A stretch of DNA of 63,333 nucleotides, filler included, from Octopus bimaculoides (GCF_001194135.2; 8 parts of 8 records of this genome joined end to end with filler, not necessarily neighbours in it); one strand, 5' to 3'; positions 25,960 to 39,023 are shown, numbered from the whole stretch's first letter. Numbers and translations are program-made. The notes: generated by a model from the letters alone, not told the origin.

Positions 25960-27400
25960 AAAGTGCTCCAATTACTACCGGAATAATTGTTGTTTCCACA
26001 GTTTCCTCAGCTCATTGGTTAGATCCTGAAATTTCTCAATTTTTTTCGATTTCTTTGGTAACAATTCAGTTGTCAGGGAATTGCAGAATCTATGCTATTA
26101 CACTGTTTATTTTGTCCTTTATGATCACATTTGCTCTTCTTGTTACAATAGTATGGCCAGTCTTTATGGGGAAATCCCACAAAATCTTGCATTTCTCATT
26201 TTCTGTCGCAGTCTCTGGTTCGTGTTCATACTACTTTTCTGTTGTTTTGAAGCCATACATTGTGCTAACATCCAAAAGCACTCTTTTGTCTACACAGGCA
26301 TGTCTGCGCTTATACTACTTTTGTAATAGTATACTGCATTCACTCAACAGGTGATTGATACTTTCGTCTCCTTTCCTGCAGATTCTACATTTGCTGTCTG
26401 ACTGAATTTTGTCGATCTTTGCCTTTATCAGGATTGTTCTAAGGGTTTGTTTCAGAGCTGCTATAATTATTGTTTCTGTCTCTCGTTTCGTCAACCAGAG
26501 TCAACGATCTTTACTGCCAACTTTCTCAGTTTGTTGCATGAATTGGCCATGTAGTTTCATTTCTTTCCATTTGTTTGATCTGATCTGTTCTTCTTCCTTC
26601 TTTCTTTGAATTCTCACTCGGCGTAATATCAATTTTCAGATCAAGTTTCGCAGTATTAACATTGTCTTTTGCGTTTAGTAATCCTCTTCAACAATTCCTC
26701 TCTTGGCAGGCAGAGTCGTCGGTATAGCTTTTAGGGTGGAATGTGTTGTGCATTGTTAGCAGCTTTCTCGTACTTCTCTTCAAGTTCTGTAGTTCGACCT
26801 TTGTCCCATATCGCAACATGGGCATAAACCCATGTACTTATGACTTTAATGATGTTCCCGCCGTTTAATTTTATTTCGAGCACCTTTCTAATTATCCTCT
26901 TGTACTCTATAGTGACTTTCTCTCTCATTTTTCCTTCCATTACCCTACCGTCTTGCAGCAGTCCTAGATATTTGTACCCCTTATTATTCCAGAGTCACCT
27001 AATGATGTTGCCTTCTGGTAATTTTATTCCCACAAAGTTTACCTTCCGGTCTCTCTTCATAATTAATATTGCGCATTTATTTATACTCAACTGCTTTCCA
27101 GTATACTGAATATTCTGCCCAGTTGAAAGTGTCTAGGTTCGTCTCATTTTTGTATACAACTGAGGTAATCCATATAAAGTAGATGATTTATCATTTTGAA
27201 CTTTGTAAACTCATAGGAAAGCCTCGATTTTCTTAGTATAATCATCAGGAGTATTAGAGGAATGACGAAGTGCAGCGGAGAGAGCGAATCTCCTTGGAAT
27301 ATGTTCCTGCGTATTTTCACATAACCTAGCGATTCATTTGCACATGTCAGTTCTTTCCTTTTCTTATATATTGTCAGTTCTTTCCTATCATCCAATTACA
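25960..27400 (-). mobile_element. R4/Dong-clade non-LTR retrotransposon, 3' half (RT, CCHC, restriction-like endonuclease), inactivated
   Basis: VKIRRNIFQGDSLSPLHFVI, INHLLYMD, MREKVTIEYKRIIRKVLEIKLNGGNIIK, KLHGQF, KRETETIIIAA, KCRICRKGDESINHLLSEC...YKRRH, KILWDFPI, IEKFQDL..ELRKLW, IIPVVIGA. Confidence 0.92.
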
Positions 27401-27883
27401 TTTTGCTTTCTGTATTAAACTTATCATCCATGCTCCTCTCTCACTTCTCCGTACATATTAACCATGTTCCTGAAATAAGTATTCAATCACTGCATTAAGT
27501 TACACCAAGTTTTATTTGTAGCATATTTCAGTTTTCTTCCGACAGTACAAATCGCCTTTATAGCTTTGATCTATAATTGCATTGGTCTATGAAATTTTAA
27601 TGTCTGCTTCGAAGACACCGTTCTATTGGTCATTATATACATCTTAAGTGAAAGCGTATAGAACTTCTTGAAATTTCTCAGTCGAAACTTTTATGGAAAT
27701 AAATTGCCCCTATATTTGAATCTCTGTGATTTTCTTTCGACTGTATATTTGTCCACAAATAGAGTGGTATATATGTAAAGTTGTCGGCAAGAGTAATCTT
27801 TGCTATGTACCTATGTGTATTTCGCCCAAGGCTTGGCGCAAACGTTTCTGTACCCTTGGGCAATTGCAACCCGCATGCATACA

Positions 27884-27896
27884 CACACACACATAC

Positions 27897-27988
<92 letters not shown>
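27884..27988. repeat. (CA)n microsatellite (one of many: 4576-4630, 6509-6563, 40947-41010, 42218-42273, 42770-42840 and others)
   Basis: Read directly. Confidence 0.95.
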
Positions 27989-27992
<4 letters not shown>

Positions 27993-28489
27993 TTATCTAA
28001 CGAAATTGTTTCGTTTTCCTAATCACCATGGTTGTTATCTGGTCGTCTTTGTCAGATCACATTAAGCGTGTTAGTCACAAATTGACCACATTCGCATGCA
28101 TTTATTTGCTTATCTATTTATTTATGATTTTGGTTCGAAGAAATGTAATCTTTATGACATGATCCCATAGGATCAGTGTACCTGGTTTCTTCCTTCATTC
28201 ATGGCTCTACATTAAACGGAAATCATATGGAATTATAATCTTTATTGGTTCAATTATAGATTCAATGGCGTGCAAGTAAATTCAAACGATTAGAACATTT
28301 ACAGATGAGACAAATACCTGACGGAATTTACTGAAGGTTATTGTGTTAGAGATTATAATTCCTTCTTAATACTAACAGAAAATATATATTGCTATTGTAA
28401 TAGATGTAAAAGTTGCATGGATAATGTATTGCCTGCCAGATCAGGAACTGTGAGTTCAGTTTCACCACATGCATTTCATTGTTATTGTT

Positions 28490-28495
28490 TTTATT
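28490..28495 (-). promoter_or_regulatory. Candidate poly(A) signal of the minus-strand gene
   Basis: AATAAA on the minus strand, about 76 nt downstream of the TAA at 28572-28574. Confidence 0.4.
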
Positions 28496-28571
28496 TAACT
28501 CCAGTCTTAACCCTACCCAGACGTTCCTGTGTTTATAAACGCTTTTAAAACTACTTTATGTATCATTCCCT

Positions 28572-28780
28572 TTATAAATCAGCAGTGTGTGCTTTGAAGG
28601 ATTTACCTGCTATTTCTAGTACGCCAGGTGATCCCGTACAGGCTTCCTTACCAGCATCTTCTATCGTTGGCATTTCATTGTGTTTCTGTGTAAAACTTTT
28701 CATTCTACTTACGTCAGTTTTCCCCGAAATAAGCAACATATTATTTGATGAGTTATTTGCAGCTTCTCCATACATTTCAC
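28572..28780 (-). CDS. Putative terminal coding exon of an unidentified minus-strand gene
   Basis: Acceptor cactttatag|GT (phase 1). Open frame EMYGEAANNSSNNMLLISGKTDVSRMKSFTQKHNEMPTIEDAGKEACTGSPGVLEIAGKSFKAHTADL*, followed by AATAAA. Confidence 0.55.
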
Positions 28781-28936
28781 CTATAAAGTGATATTAAGGT
28801 TAGTGAGAGGATGAATTTTAACCAACCAGCAAACAGACCAATAAAACAGATGATGAACTGAATAAAGTACATAGTTGACTATATTCGAGATAATTATGAT
28901 CATAATCCGTTCTCAGCTAGAATAATGATTTCTTAC

Positions 28937-29021
28937 TCAGTAACAAGTTCAAATGTTGAAGAGGAGCAGAGTAATGCTTATAACAAATAGAAGACTGACT
29001 CTCCATTAAACCCAGGAGCAC
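28937..29021 (-). CDS. Putative internal exon (85 nt, phase 0 to 1)
   Basis: aacccttag|GTG...CTGA|gtaaga. Only one frame is open (VLLGLMESQSSICYKHYSAPLQHLNLLL), and it is in phase with the terminal exon across a 156-nt intron. Confidence 0.55.
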
Positions 29022-29326
29022 CTAAGGGTTATTTATAATCAAACAGAAAACCTGTTTTGGTTGGCAGGGAAAATGAAATAAACGTATAAAAACTTTATTT
29101 ACTATGTTTAAGAGTCAAACCTTTTGAGCAGAAGGCTAGACATTAACTTGCAACACAATAGCATAAAAATACTTCACATTGGATAACGGTCTCATCTTAA
29201 CCAAGTAGAACTTTGTCAGGGTAAAAAAGAAAGAATGGATTTCTTAGATAACTAGACTACACATACACATATAATAGCAATTCAAGCTGAAAATTTTCCT
29301 CATCTTTATTCCGAATTTCATGTTAC

Positions 29327-29357
29327 GTCTTTCGACCAGCTGGAATCTTTATTTAAT
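29327..29357 (-). CDS. Putative 31-nt internal exon (phase 2 to 0)
   Basis: ttcaatttcag|A TTA AAT AAA GAT TCC AGC TGG TCG AAA GAC|gtaac (LNKDSSWSKD). The donor is weak. Confidence 0.35.
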
Positions 29358-29900
29358 CTGAAATTGAAGCTTGAAAATATTGAATCTCTAAAATTTATAC
29401 TGAAATATTAGCAACGCAGTGTAAACAAATAAAAAGAAAACAAAATATACAGAGAAAGAGACAGAGTGGAAGATGAAGAGAAAGGAATGGATGAAGAGTA
29501 TTGAGAGAGGATAGGGGGAAAAAAGGAAGTGGATCTAACGTTGTGTAACATTGGATATATAAAAGCTTTATGGAGAAAGGCAGCGTTTATAAGAAGGGAA
29601 TGCGGAAAACAGAAAGAGTAAGGCTCACTGTATGTAGATTGAACGTAGCAGGGAATAAGAGGGAATGTATGAATTTGGTTTTATATCAAGCGGGATGGCA
29701 GCAAAGAGTGGTAAAAACCTGTTAAGCGCTAGATGGAAGGGATATATTAATGGAAACGAGTATAAAGTGAAAAAAAAAAATAATGGTAAATCATAAAGTA
29801 ACTGAATGCGTCGAAGGAGGAAAGAGAAAGGAAGATTAGTTCTTGAATACTGAAGGAAAAAAAGAGAAAAAAAGTTAGATAGGTAAGTAGGTAGACAGAT

Positions 29901-30007
<107 letters not shown>

Positions 30008-30656
30008 TTATTTATTTAAGTGCAGGGCCTAACGCGTAGGAAAGAGAGAGAAACACATATGAACTCCAGTAGTTGACTGATACTTTATTTTATCGACCAC
30101 ACAAGGAAGAAATGTAAAGTTGACCTCAGCTGGAAATGAAATCAAAAACGTTAATAAATTTCAAGGAATTTTGTTCGATGATTCACCGATTCACCAAATG
30201 ACCATCCAGTGAAGCGATATCGATTGACAATACACAAAAAAAAAAAAAAAAAAATTACTCGATGCTAAAAATAACGAAAAAAAGCTAGAATACATATTAA
30301 AAACAAAATACAATATATAATTACAAAACAAATAAAATTAAAACGTGTACAAGGTTCAAGAGACAATCTTAGATATATTTTTCCGTCACGAGGAGAGTGG
30401 AAGTAATTTTTTTCATCATTCTTGTTAATTTGCGTGATACATTTAACCAACAATTTGCTTCAGGTAAGGACGAAGCAAAAAGAAAAGGGTGCGAAACGTA
30501 GAAATAAAAAGAAACGGATCAAATAAGAGGGAAAAAATGGGTAAAATAAATGAAAAGAATGATGAAAAGGAAAGACGCATGTATAGTACAGAGAAAACTG
30601 CTGGTCAATGTTTAAATGAATTAGTAAAATGTGAGGAAGTGAAATACGACAGAAAT

Positions 30657-30993
30657 ATGCCCAAGAGTAATTTTCCTCATTCGAATTCTTTTACCAATAT
30701 TAAGAAAAAGATAAGCAATATACAAAGGAAATTTACTAATAATTTCCAGTCTTCTGCAAAATACCTTTAAACGATACTTAGCTACTTCAGAGCCTCTCTG
30801 ACACAAATTGCTGGTTACGGAGGAAAACTATAAGATACTCAGAAAATTTGGGGCACTTATAAAAGATCAAAAAATACAAAGAAATCCCAAGAATTACAAC
30901 TATAAAATTGCAGTTGAATTAGGTTGCAGAAAGAATAAGGTTTCTGATGTAATCACTTGCTCCGGAGATAGCATTTTATGGACAGTTGTTTGA
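30657..30993 (+). mobile_element. Possible Tc1/Tc3-like transposase N-terminal remnant
   Basis: An MP.. start, GYGGK, and KIAVELGCRKNKVSDVITCSG, which resembles the second HTH of Tc3 (RDIRNEL...TILNVIKRSG). No DDE domain or TIR seen. Confidence 0.35.
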
Positions 30994-31220
30994 AATTATC
31001 TCTTTCCCTGAATCTAATCGACTGAGGAGGTCATCAATAAGATCAATGTTTTATTGGTGCATAAACATCGGAATCAAGATCTAGAATATTGTTTGGTAAA
31101 CATGCAAATTATACAAAACTGATACTATATATTAAAGTTTGTGGTAACGTCATCTTTTACTACGCGCCATATCTCATATATATATATATATCTGTAAAAA
31201 TATGTGACACTTATTCGGTA

Positions 31221-31290
31221 GCCATGATAAAACTCCGAGTTTCGGATACCAGGGCAGAAACCCACGCCGCCATGTCTTCAGTTATCTGGC
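31221..31290 (-). ncRNA. Type I hammerhead-ribozyme-like motif with intact core nucleotides
   Basis: Minus strand: gcca-gataa-CTGAAGA-[31 nt]-GAAA-CTC-G-GAG-TT-ttatc-a-tggc. Stem I is 9 bp with one bulge, stem III is palindromic, the triplet is GUU, and stem II is irregular. Confidence 0.5.
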
Positions 31291-31379
31291 CATTGAAAAT
31301 TGCTATGAAAATGACCGTTAAAGAAAGGGAAATTACTGTGTGGTTGACCGTCATTAAGGCAAAAGAGCTATAGACCGCT

Positions 31380-31437
31380 AAGTAAGGGGGTAGAGAAGTC
31401 TATAGTTTTCGCTATAGACTTCTCTGCCCCCTTACTT
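31380..31437. repeat. 26-bp inverted repeat with a 6-nt loop
   Basis: aagtaagggggtagagaagtctatag-ttttcg-ctatagacttctctgcccccttactt. The single mismatch is a U.G wobble on the + strand. Confidence 0.9.
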
Positions 31438-32219
31438 TTACCCTCTCAGCCTATCTTGATGTTCAGATTTATAACACATGTAATACATACATACATGCAT
31501 GCATACATACATACATACATACATACATACAAACATACATACATACATACATATATACATACATACATACTTACGTATGTATATATATATATATATATTT
31601 TAAGGTGTGTCGTGTAAAAGTCGGAACAATGGTTGGAAAAACACATTTGAGCAAAAAACGTTTTCCAATTATCGCTTTTCCGAATGTCCTGAAGAAGAGG
31701 TCTTTACCCCGAAATATAGAAACACAAGGTAAAACAGCAACTTTGTTCTGTTTTCTTTTCATTTTGTTGTTTGTCTTGTACCNNNNNNNNNNNNNNNNNN
31801 NNNNNNNNNNNNNNNNNNNNNNNNNNNNNNNNNNNNNNNNNNNNNNNNNNNNNNNNNNNNNNNNNNNNNNNNNNNNNNNNNNNNNNNNNNNNNNNNNNNN
31901 NNNNNNNNNNNNNNNNNNNNNNNNNNNNNNNNNNNNNNNNNNNNNNNNNNNNNNNNNNNNNNNNNNNNNNNNNNNNNNNNNNNNNNNNNNNNNNNNNNNN
32001 NNNNNNNNNNNNNNNNNNNNNNNNNNNNNNNNNNNNNNNNNNNNNNNNNNNNNNNNNNNNNNNNNNNNNNNNNNNNNNNNNNNNNNNNNNNNNNNNNNNN
32101 NNNNNNNNNNNNNNNNNNNNNNNNNNNNNNNNNNNNNNNNNNNNNNNNNNNNNNNNNNNNNNNNNNNNNNNNNNNNNNNNNNNNNNNNNNNNNNNNNNNN
32201 NNNNNNNNNNNNNNNNNNN

Positions 32220-32580
32220 TGCTGGAGCACGGCCTTTAGTCGAGCAAATCGACCCCAGGACTTATTCTTTGGAAGCCTAGTACTTATTCTATCGGTCTAT
32301 TTTGCCGAACCGCTAAGTTGCGGGGACGTAAACACACCAGCATCGGTTGTCAAGCGATGTTGGAGGACAAACACAGACACACAAACACACACATATATAA
32401 ATATACATATATATATATATATACGATGAGCTTCTTTCAGTTTCCGTCTACCAAATCCACTCACAAGGCTTTGGTTGGCCCGAGGCTATAGTAGAAGACA
32501 CTTGCCCAAGGTGCCACTCAGTGGGACTTAACTCGGAACCATGTGGTTGGTAAGCAAGCTACTTACCACACAGCCACTCC
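32220..32580 (-). mobile_element. SINE family B with intact tRNA-like head
   Basis: The minus strand starts GGAGTGGCTGTGTGGTAAG (A-box), then a B-box variant, ACCTTGGGCAAGTG, a microsatellite and the 3' module. Confidence 0.9.
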
Positions 32581-33544
32581 ATATCATGTATATACATAAA
32601 CACCCCCCACTCATCCCCCCTACACATATATACACGAGTAAGTGAACAATCAAAAGAAAGTAATACTCCACGCATTCAGTTGCGGTTGTACGTACTTAAA
32701 GACGGGTTGCATAAGCTCGGCATTACTTAAATTGTTATTTTTCTGGACAGGTTTTGTATAAGCTTTTACATTTGAATGTTAATGTCTGCTTTCCATTTAT
32801 TCCATATTTGAACAGTTCTTTTGTCAATATCGTATTTTAGATATGTTATTGTTCAATATTTAGTGTTAATAAACAATAAGAAAGGTTATACTGCCGATGA
32901 CGACTGCTAAGAAGCAAGAATTGTCGGAGATGTCTCACATGGCTGATTTGCCAGAGAATAATTTTAGCTAACACATAATATTTTTTCCTAATCACCGTAT
33001 ATATAACTCGACTGTGCTTATATCTGGCGTTGGAAATATTGGAAATTATCAAACATCGCTTTTATTAAATATATATATACGGTCAGCGAACCTTTATTAT
33101 TGATTTATATATCGTTCAATAGGATGTTGAGAGCGGTACTAATGCAATTTTAATAAAACCGAGTTTTATTAAAATTGCATTGATACGGATCCAAAATTTC
33201 TGCTCAATATCATATATATGCAATGCTCACAGATCAATTCATATTATATATATATATATATATATGTATATGTGTGTGTGTACGTATGTGTGTGTATGTG
33301 TGCATGCGTACGCGCGTGTGTGTGTATATACATACACTCACATGCATTATATTTATATTTATATAAATACCTATTCTCATACTTATATGTATACGTATAC
33401 TCATATGTATGTGTGTACGTGTAAATGTGTGTATGTGTGCATCTATCTATCTGATTCTTTCTGTCCCTTTTTTTTTCTCTCTCTCTCTCTTTATATATAT
33501 ATATATATACATGTATGTATATATATAAACATGTATATATATGC

Positions 33545-33585
<41 letters not shown>

Positions 33586-33794
33586 NNNNNNNNNNNNNNN
33601 NNNNNNNNNNNNNNNNNNNNNNNNNNNNNNNNNNNNNNNNNNNNNNNNNNNNNNNNNNNNNNNNNNNNNNNNNNNNNNNNNNNNNNNNNNNNNNNNNNNN
33701 NNNNNNNNNNNNNNNNNNNNNNNNNNNNNNNNNNNNNNNNNNNNNNNNNNNNNNNNNNNNNNNNNNNNNNNNNNNNNNNNNNNNNNNNNNNNNN

Positions 33795-34359
33795 CAAACA
33801 ATGAAGGAGACCGATCACCATCCAGAAAAGCGTACTCTACAAATTACTAATTTAAAAATCTATTAAAATAAAAGAAAAGTATAAAATCCATTAAAATCTA
33901 TAAAATACTAGACAAAAAATTTTATTCAACTTAGTAAATTGATAAAATAGAAGGTACTTGTATTAAGCGTTTACATTTCATTTATTGTACTAACGAGAGC
34001 TTTCCTACAACTACTGATATTTTTACTATTTTCATTTTTTATTTAGTAGGATACGTTAATTTGAATTCTTATTTTTCCAACGACCTGAGAAGTGACCGTA
34101 TTTTGAGTAGAATATAAATAATCTTGATTAATTTATTGTGAATTGTACTGGTTTTTCTACTATAATGTGGCCACGAAACGTGCGTAGTCAACTCTTTACC
34201 TTCTATTTTATCAATTTACTAAGTTGAATTAAATTTTCAGTCTAATATTTTATAGATTTTAATGGATTTTATGCTTTTCTTTTAGATTTTATAAATTTTT
34301 AAATTAGTATTTTGTAGAGTACGCTTTTCTGGACGGTGAATGGTCTCCTTCATTGTTTG
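33795..34359. mobile_element. Fold-back element: about 160-bp inverted arms around a 240-bp spacer
   Basis: 33795-33956 is the diverged reverse complement of 34197-34359 (caaacaatgaaggagacc.../...ggtctccttcattgtttg). The left end abuts a gap. Confidence 0.8.
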
Positions 34360-34559
34360 AATTGTATATCGATGGTTCTACTCTAAATTATATTTATATA
34401 CATATATTATTTATTATAAAATTCAATTTGGTATTACTAAATTGAATATTCCTGTATGTTTAGAATTTTACATTCCCTAATATCATAATATATATATATA
34501 TATATATATATCTGTCCACCTTCTCCCAATTATTTGTGGGAGTGTTGTTGTTGGTAACG

Positions 34560-34890
34560 GATTGTGGATGGTAGTCTCTGATCCACAGAGTCGTACTAGA
34601 AGCATCCGTCATTAGACTTTCCGGTTGGATTCTCAAGCGTGACCAACTGAAACTATGGTTATTAACCAACAATCTTGTTTTCAATCTAGCCCTTGGTCTC
34701 CTGCTGATTGTTCGATTTGAAGAATCCGTTTAGCGATTCTTTCCTATGGCATTCTAATCACGTGTTCGTAGTACCAGAGCTGTGACCTCTCAATGCGAAC
34801 TAGTAGCCATTCGACATAGAAAACCTCCCTGATTTCCGAGATATGCAACCTGTGGAGAAATGTTACTCCAAAGATCCTTCGGAGTTACTC
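34560..34890 (-). mobile_element. RTE-clade LINE 3' ORF fragment
   Basis: EME*LRRIFGVTFLHRLHISEIREVFYVEWLLVRIERSQLWYYEHVIRMP*ERIAKRIL...SWSRLRIQPESL, a typical RTE C-terminus. Confidence 0.8.
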
Positions 34891-35200
34891 CATTTCCATG
34901 TATGTATGTATGTATGTATGTATGTATGTATGTATGTATGTATGTATGTATGTATGTATGTATGTGTGNNNNNNNNNNNNNNNNNNNNNNNNNNNNNNNN
35001 NNNNNNNNNNNNTTAATTAATTAANNNNNNNNNNNNNNNNNNNNNNNNNNNNNNNNNNNNNNNNNNNNGTCACAGGAGGCATTGCAAAAACTGAATAGAC
35101 AACTCAACGGACGGATGGCATCATCCATGGTCAGCCATGACCGACGGAGACCTACGAAGATGTATATATTTATGTATATATGTATGTACATGGGATAACG

Positions 35201-35241
<41 letters not shown>

Positions 35242-35441
35242 TTGAAAACGCTAAATACTTAAAGAGCTTGCGCATCTATAAAAACAAAAGCCAACACATT
35301 TTGTGAAATCTCTTCCCAAAAGTTAGTGTCTGTCTACTTTCTAAAAAGGTTCTTCTTTCGATCTTAGCTCTTTGAGAAAAAATCTTCTCACCAAATATAT
35401 ATATATGTGTTTGTGTGTGTGTGCGTGTGTGTGTGTACATA

Positions 35442-35525
<84 letters not shown>

Positions 35526-37438
35526 ATATCTATGCATTTATGTATGTATTACCAGGTGTATGTGTTTATGCATATTTTCATAAACTTTCAAGTAACTTAA
35601 ACTATTAACTGAATTATTAAAAAAATTCTTAGAAATTAATAAAATTAGTATCACAATTCCAACTGAGGATGACGTAACTGATTAAAGTCCATGAAGCTTC
35701 CAGTATATGTACCCCTGAATGACTGAAAGATCAATTCACACATGAGTTTTAATATTACATTATTTCCCTTATGTGTGACCTATCTTGATCTGGTGATATT
35801 TTGTAATTGCCTCTCAATGAAAAATAAAGAAGTTCGCGCAATTACGAAAACACACAAAACGTATGCAAATCAAAATAAATCTATTTATCGTAAACGAACG
35901 TCCCGTGTTTTTTGTATTCGATATTTCACAATAAACGCTACATTAGAAGTATTTTATCTAATAGTTATTAAACACTTAAAGGATATGCATTCAGTAATAC
36001 GTGCACGTATGTTCTCCAACATCAGGTGAAAATACAATATATACATGTAAGCAGTCTAATTTCAACTTTTAAACATAATACGTAATTTAGATGCATGAAT
36101 TCAACACAAATTGTATGAGAAACAAACAGTTTCTTTGAAAGTATTCAAGGAATTGGTATTATGCAAAACGTTCGGTTTAATTAAATGCAATTGAATTTTG
36201 GAGCATGACGCTCATCATCTGTTATTGTTTGTCTCTATTGCTTCCGTCTAGACAGAACAATATCTGTTATTCTCTGACAGGTGCAGCTCTGAATGCTGTC
36301 CTTGAAATTAAATTGTTTTTATCAATTAGAGCTCGACTCTGTTTTAACAAACTTCTACTATTTCTTCACAGTGTATTAGGTTGATGTGTTGGATGAATTC
36401 TAAAAGTGATTTGGCTTCGAGGTAGTTCTCAAACTATACAAGAACTGAAAAGTGTCTCTCCTAGTAATAGACACACGCAATCATTTTAGTCACGTCACTG
36501 AAATCTGAAGAAGCAGATTAAGAAAAGACATAATGAATTGTTTTGAATAACTTTGCATATATTAAATATCCACGTAAATATTTATTAATTTCTGAATATC
36601 AATTACATGATATAGTATAGTGTAGTGATATAATATAGTGAAATGATATAATATAATGAAATGACTCGGTATTCAATGTAATTCTTAATGTAGAGGCAAT
36701 TACGCATATCATGTCTTGAAATAAAACTAAGACATATAATTCATTTGTATACCAAAACAATTGCGCGTTTCCTAAGCCATTGGTTTTGAGTAACTTGCAC
36801 AAGTGCTCTAGTTGAGTCAATAATTTTAATTCGGTTTCGATTTGAGCTACAATCAATCATCCCACCTGTGTTTTTTTTTTTTCGTGTCTACTAAAACATT
36901 CTGGTAGTGTTGTTTTTGTTCTTATTCTTTGGCATCAGTTTAACTCTGCTCAGATATACTGTCAAAGACTTTCTAATCTAAATTGTCCGATATTATTGAA
37001 TATGCTTGCTCAGTTCTTTGATTGTGGTAGTCAAAAGAAAAAACACAATTTTTCTATGCTTCAAGTATCATAAAGGAAGAGTAAAAAGCTCTTATCATGC
37101 TCAGATTATAAGAAAAATGTAGAGAGAAAACATTTTAAATCTATATTTATAGTGACACCTTTCAATGAATTTCAGTTGTATAAATAGAAAGGAACATTTA
37201 ATAATGTTATTGTCCATATTTGACGAGGTACGATAGCTATTTCTTGCAGATCGACGGACCACATGGAATTACCCGTGTGTATAGATACAGGTACCTCAAA
37301 TATTTCACTTGTATATTTATCCAAATTGATGAAGTGAAACAAATGAACCATCGTATTCTTTCTCGCTTCACGCCTCTGACCACCTTCCTCCGCTAATTTA
37401 CTAAACGTTTTTCTTTACTTCTACGCTTTTACTTGCAC

Positions 37439-37845
37439 AATCAGGCAAGAGAAAAAAGAGAGAAGAAAGGGAAAAAAAAATAGAAATAAAAATGAAAATG
37501 GAAGGACAATACCCTAAGGATTGGCGAGAGGAAATTTAAGGTAAGGGAATCTAGGTCAAGATATTGAAGAATTAAAGGAAATTACTAAGAATACATCTAT
37601 TCGTCTGTGTATTTAGAATAATGCAACAATCTAAAATACTAAAATTAAAACGACAGAGAACATTATAGTTAAATTAGAATAAGATAAAATATTTAAAGTT
37701 AAATTAGAATTGGATGTACATTTATGTGGGGTAGTAGAAGAGAGATATTGTTTATAAGAAAACCAATCCTTAGGATATTGTCCTTCCATTTTCATTTTTA
37801 TTTCTATTTTTTTTCCTTTCTTCTCTCTTTTTCTCTTGCTTGATT
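37439..37845. repeat. About 85-bp inverted repeat pair with a 240-bp spacer
   Basis: 37439-37524 (aatcaggcaagagaaaaaagagag...ctaaggattgg) versus 37763-37845 (ccaatccttagg...cttgcttgatt). Confidence 0.85.
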
Positions 37846-38197
37846 CACCCCTAACCTGCCTTCCCTTACTACCGAACCTACCTTCCTCTAAATTGAAATT
37901 ACTGCTATCTTACCCTTCCTTCTACAAAGAGGAACAAATAGAATATATAGAAATTAAATTCCTGTTTGATTCACTAGACTGTTGATTAACAGCCCAGTCA
38001 AGATGGTATTCTCTTCATCTCCAACTCTTGTATTTGCACACATTTACAAAATGACTTTCTGAAATGAACTTCCATTATGCAGCTGAGGAGTACATTTTCA
38101 TTGCACATCTTGTGTGGTGTTCTCACTTCATAAATAAATGAAGTTTGTACAAAACGTACGTACTGCTATAACCTAATACATTTTTGTTGCTTTTCTT

Positions 38198-38262
<65 letters not shown>

Positions 38263-38991
38263 TCTTATGTAATATATACATATATATTTATAGAAACATC
38301 CACACACACGCACAAACTAGACTGTGGGTGTTCAGTTAAATGCCTCAACGAGCGAGTCTGCTTCCAATTTAGAGGTGTGGTGTTTGGTTATTAATGTAAT
38401 TAGAGCAAATATAGAAAAAAAGTGATAAACGCAAGTTTGTCCTAGGTACGTTTCCCCGTTGTGGTTATTGACAGCCTGTATTAGATGTGCCAAGTACAAA
38501 TTGACACAGAACCACTACAGATCATCAGAACGCATTATTACATTATGTTACACATATTTGCAAAAGGACAGATATACGTGGGTGTGATTTATTGCGTGTC
38601 TGAGTGTGAGTATTGACACTTATACAGAGAAACAGAAGCCGACTACATTTTGTCTATGTCGGCAACACATCGACTATCTGTAAACAACGACACACACACT
38701 TATTCATGCCTACAAGTTTATGAGTATATATATATATATATATATNNNNNNNNNNNNNNNNNNNNNNNNNNNNNNNNNNNNNNNNNNNNNNNNNNNNNNN
38801 NNNNNNNNNNNNNNNNNNNNNNNNNNNNNNNNNNNNNNNNNNNNNNNNNNNNNNNNNNNNNNNNNNNNNNNNNNNNNNNNNNNNNNNNNNNNNNNNNNNN
38901 NNNNNNNNNNNNNNNNNNNNNNNNNNAGAGAGAGAGAGAGATAGAGAGAGAGAGAGATAGAGAGAGAGAGAGATAGAGAGAGAGAGAGATA

Positions 38992-39023
<32 letters not shown>

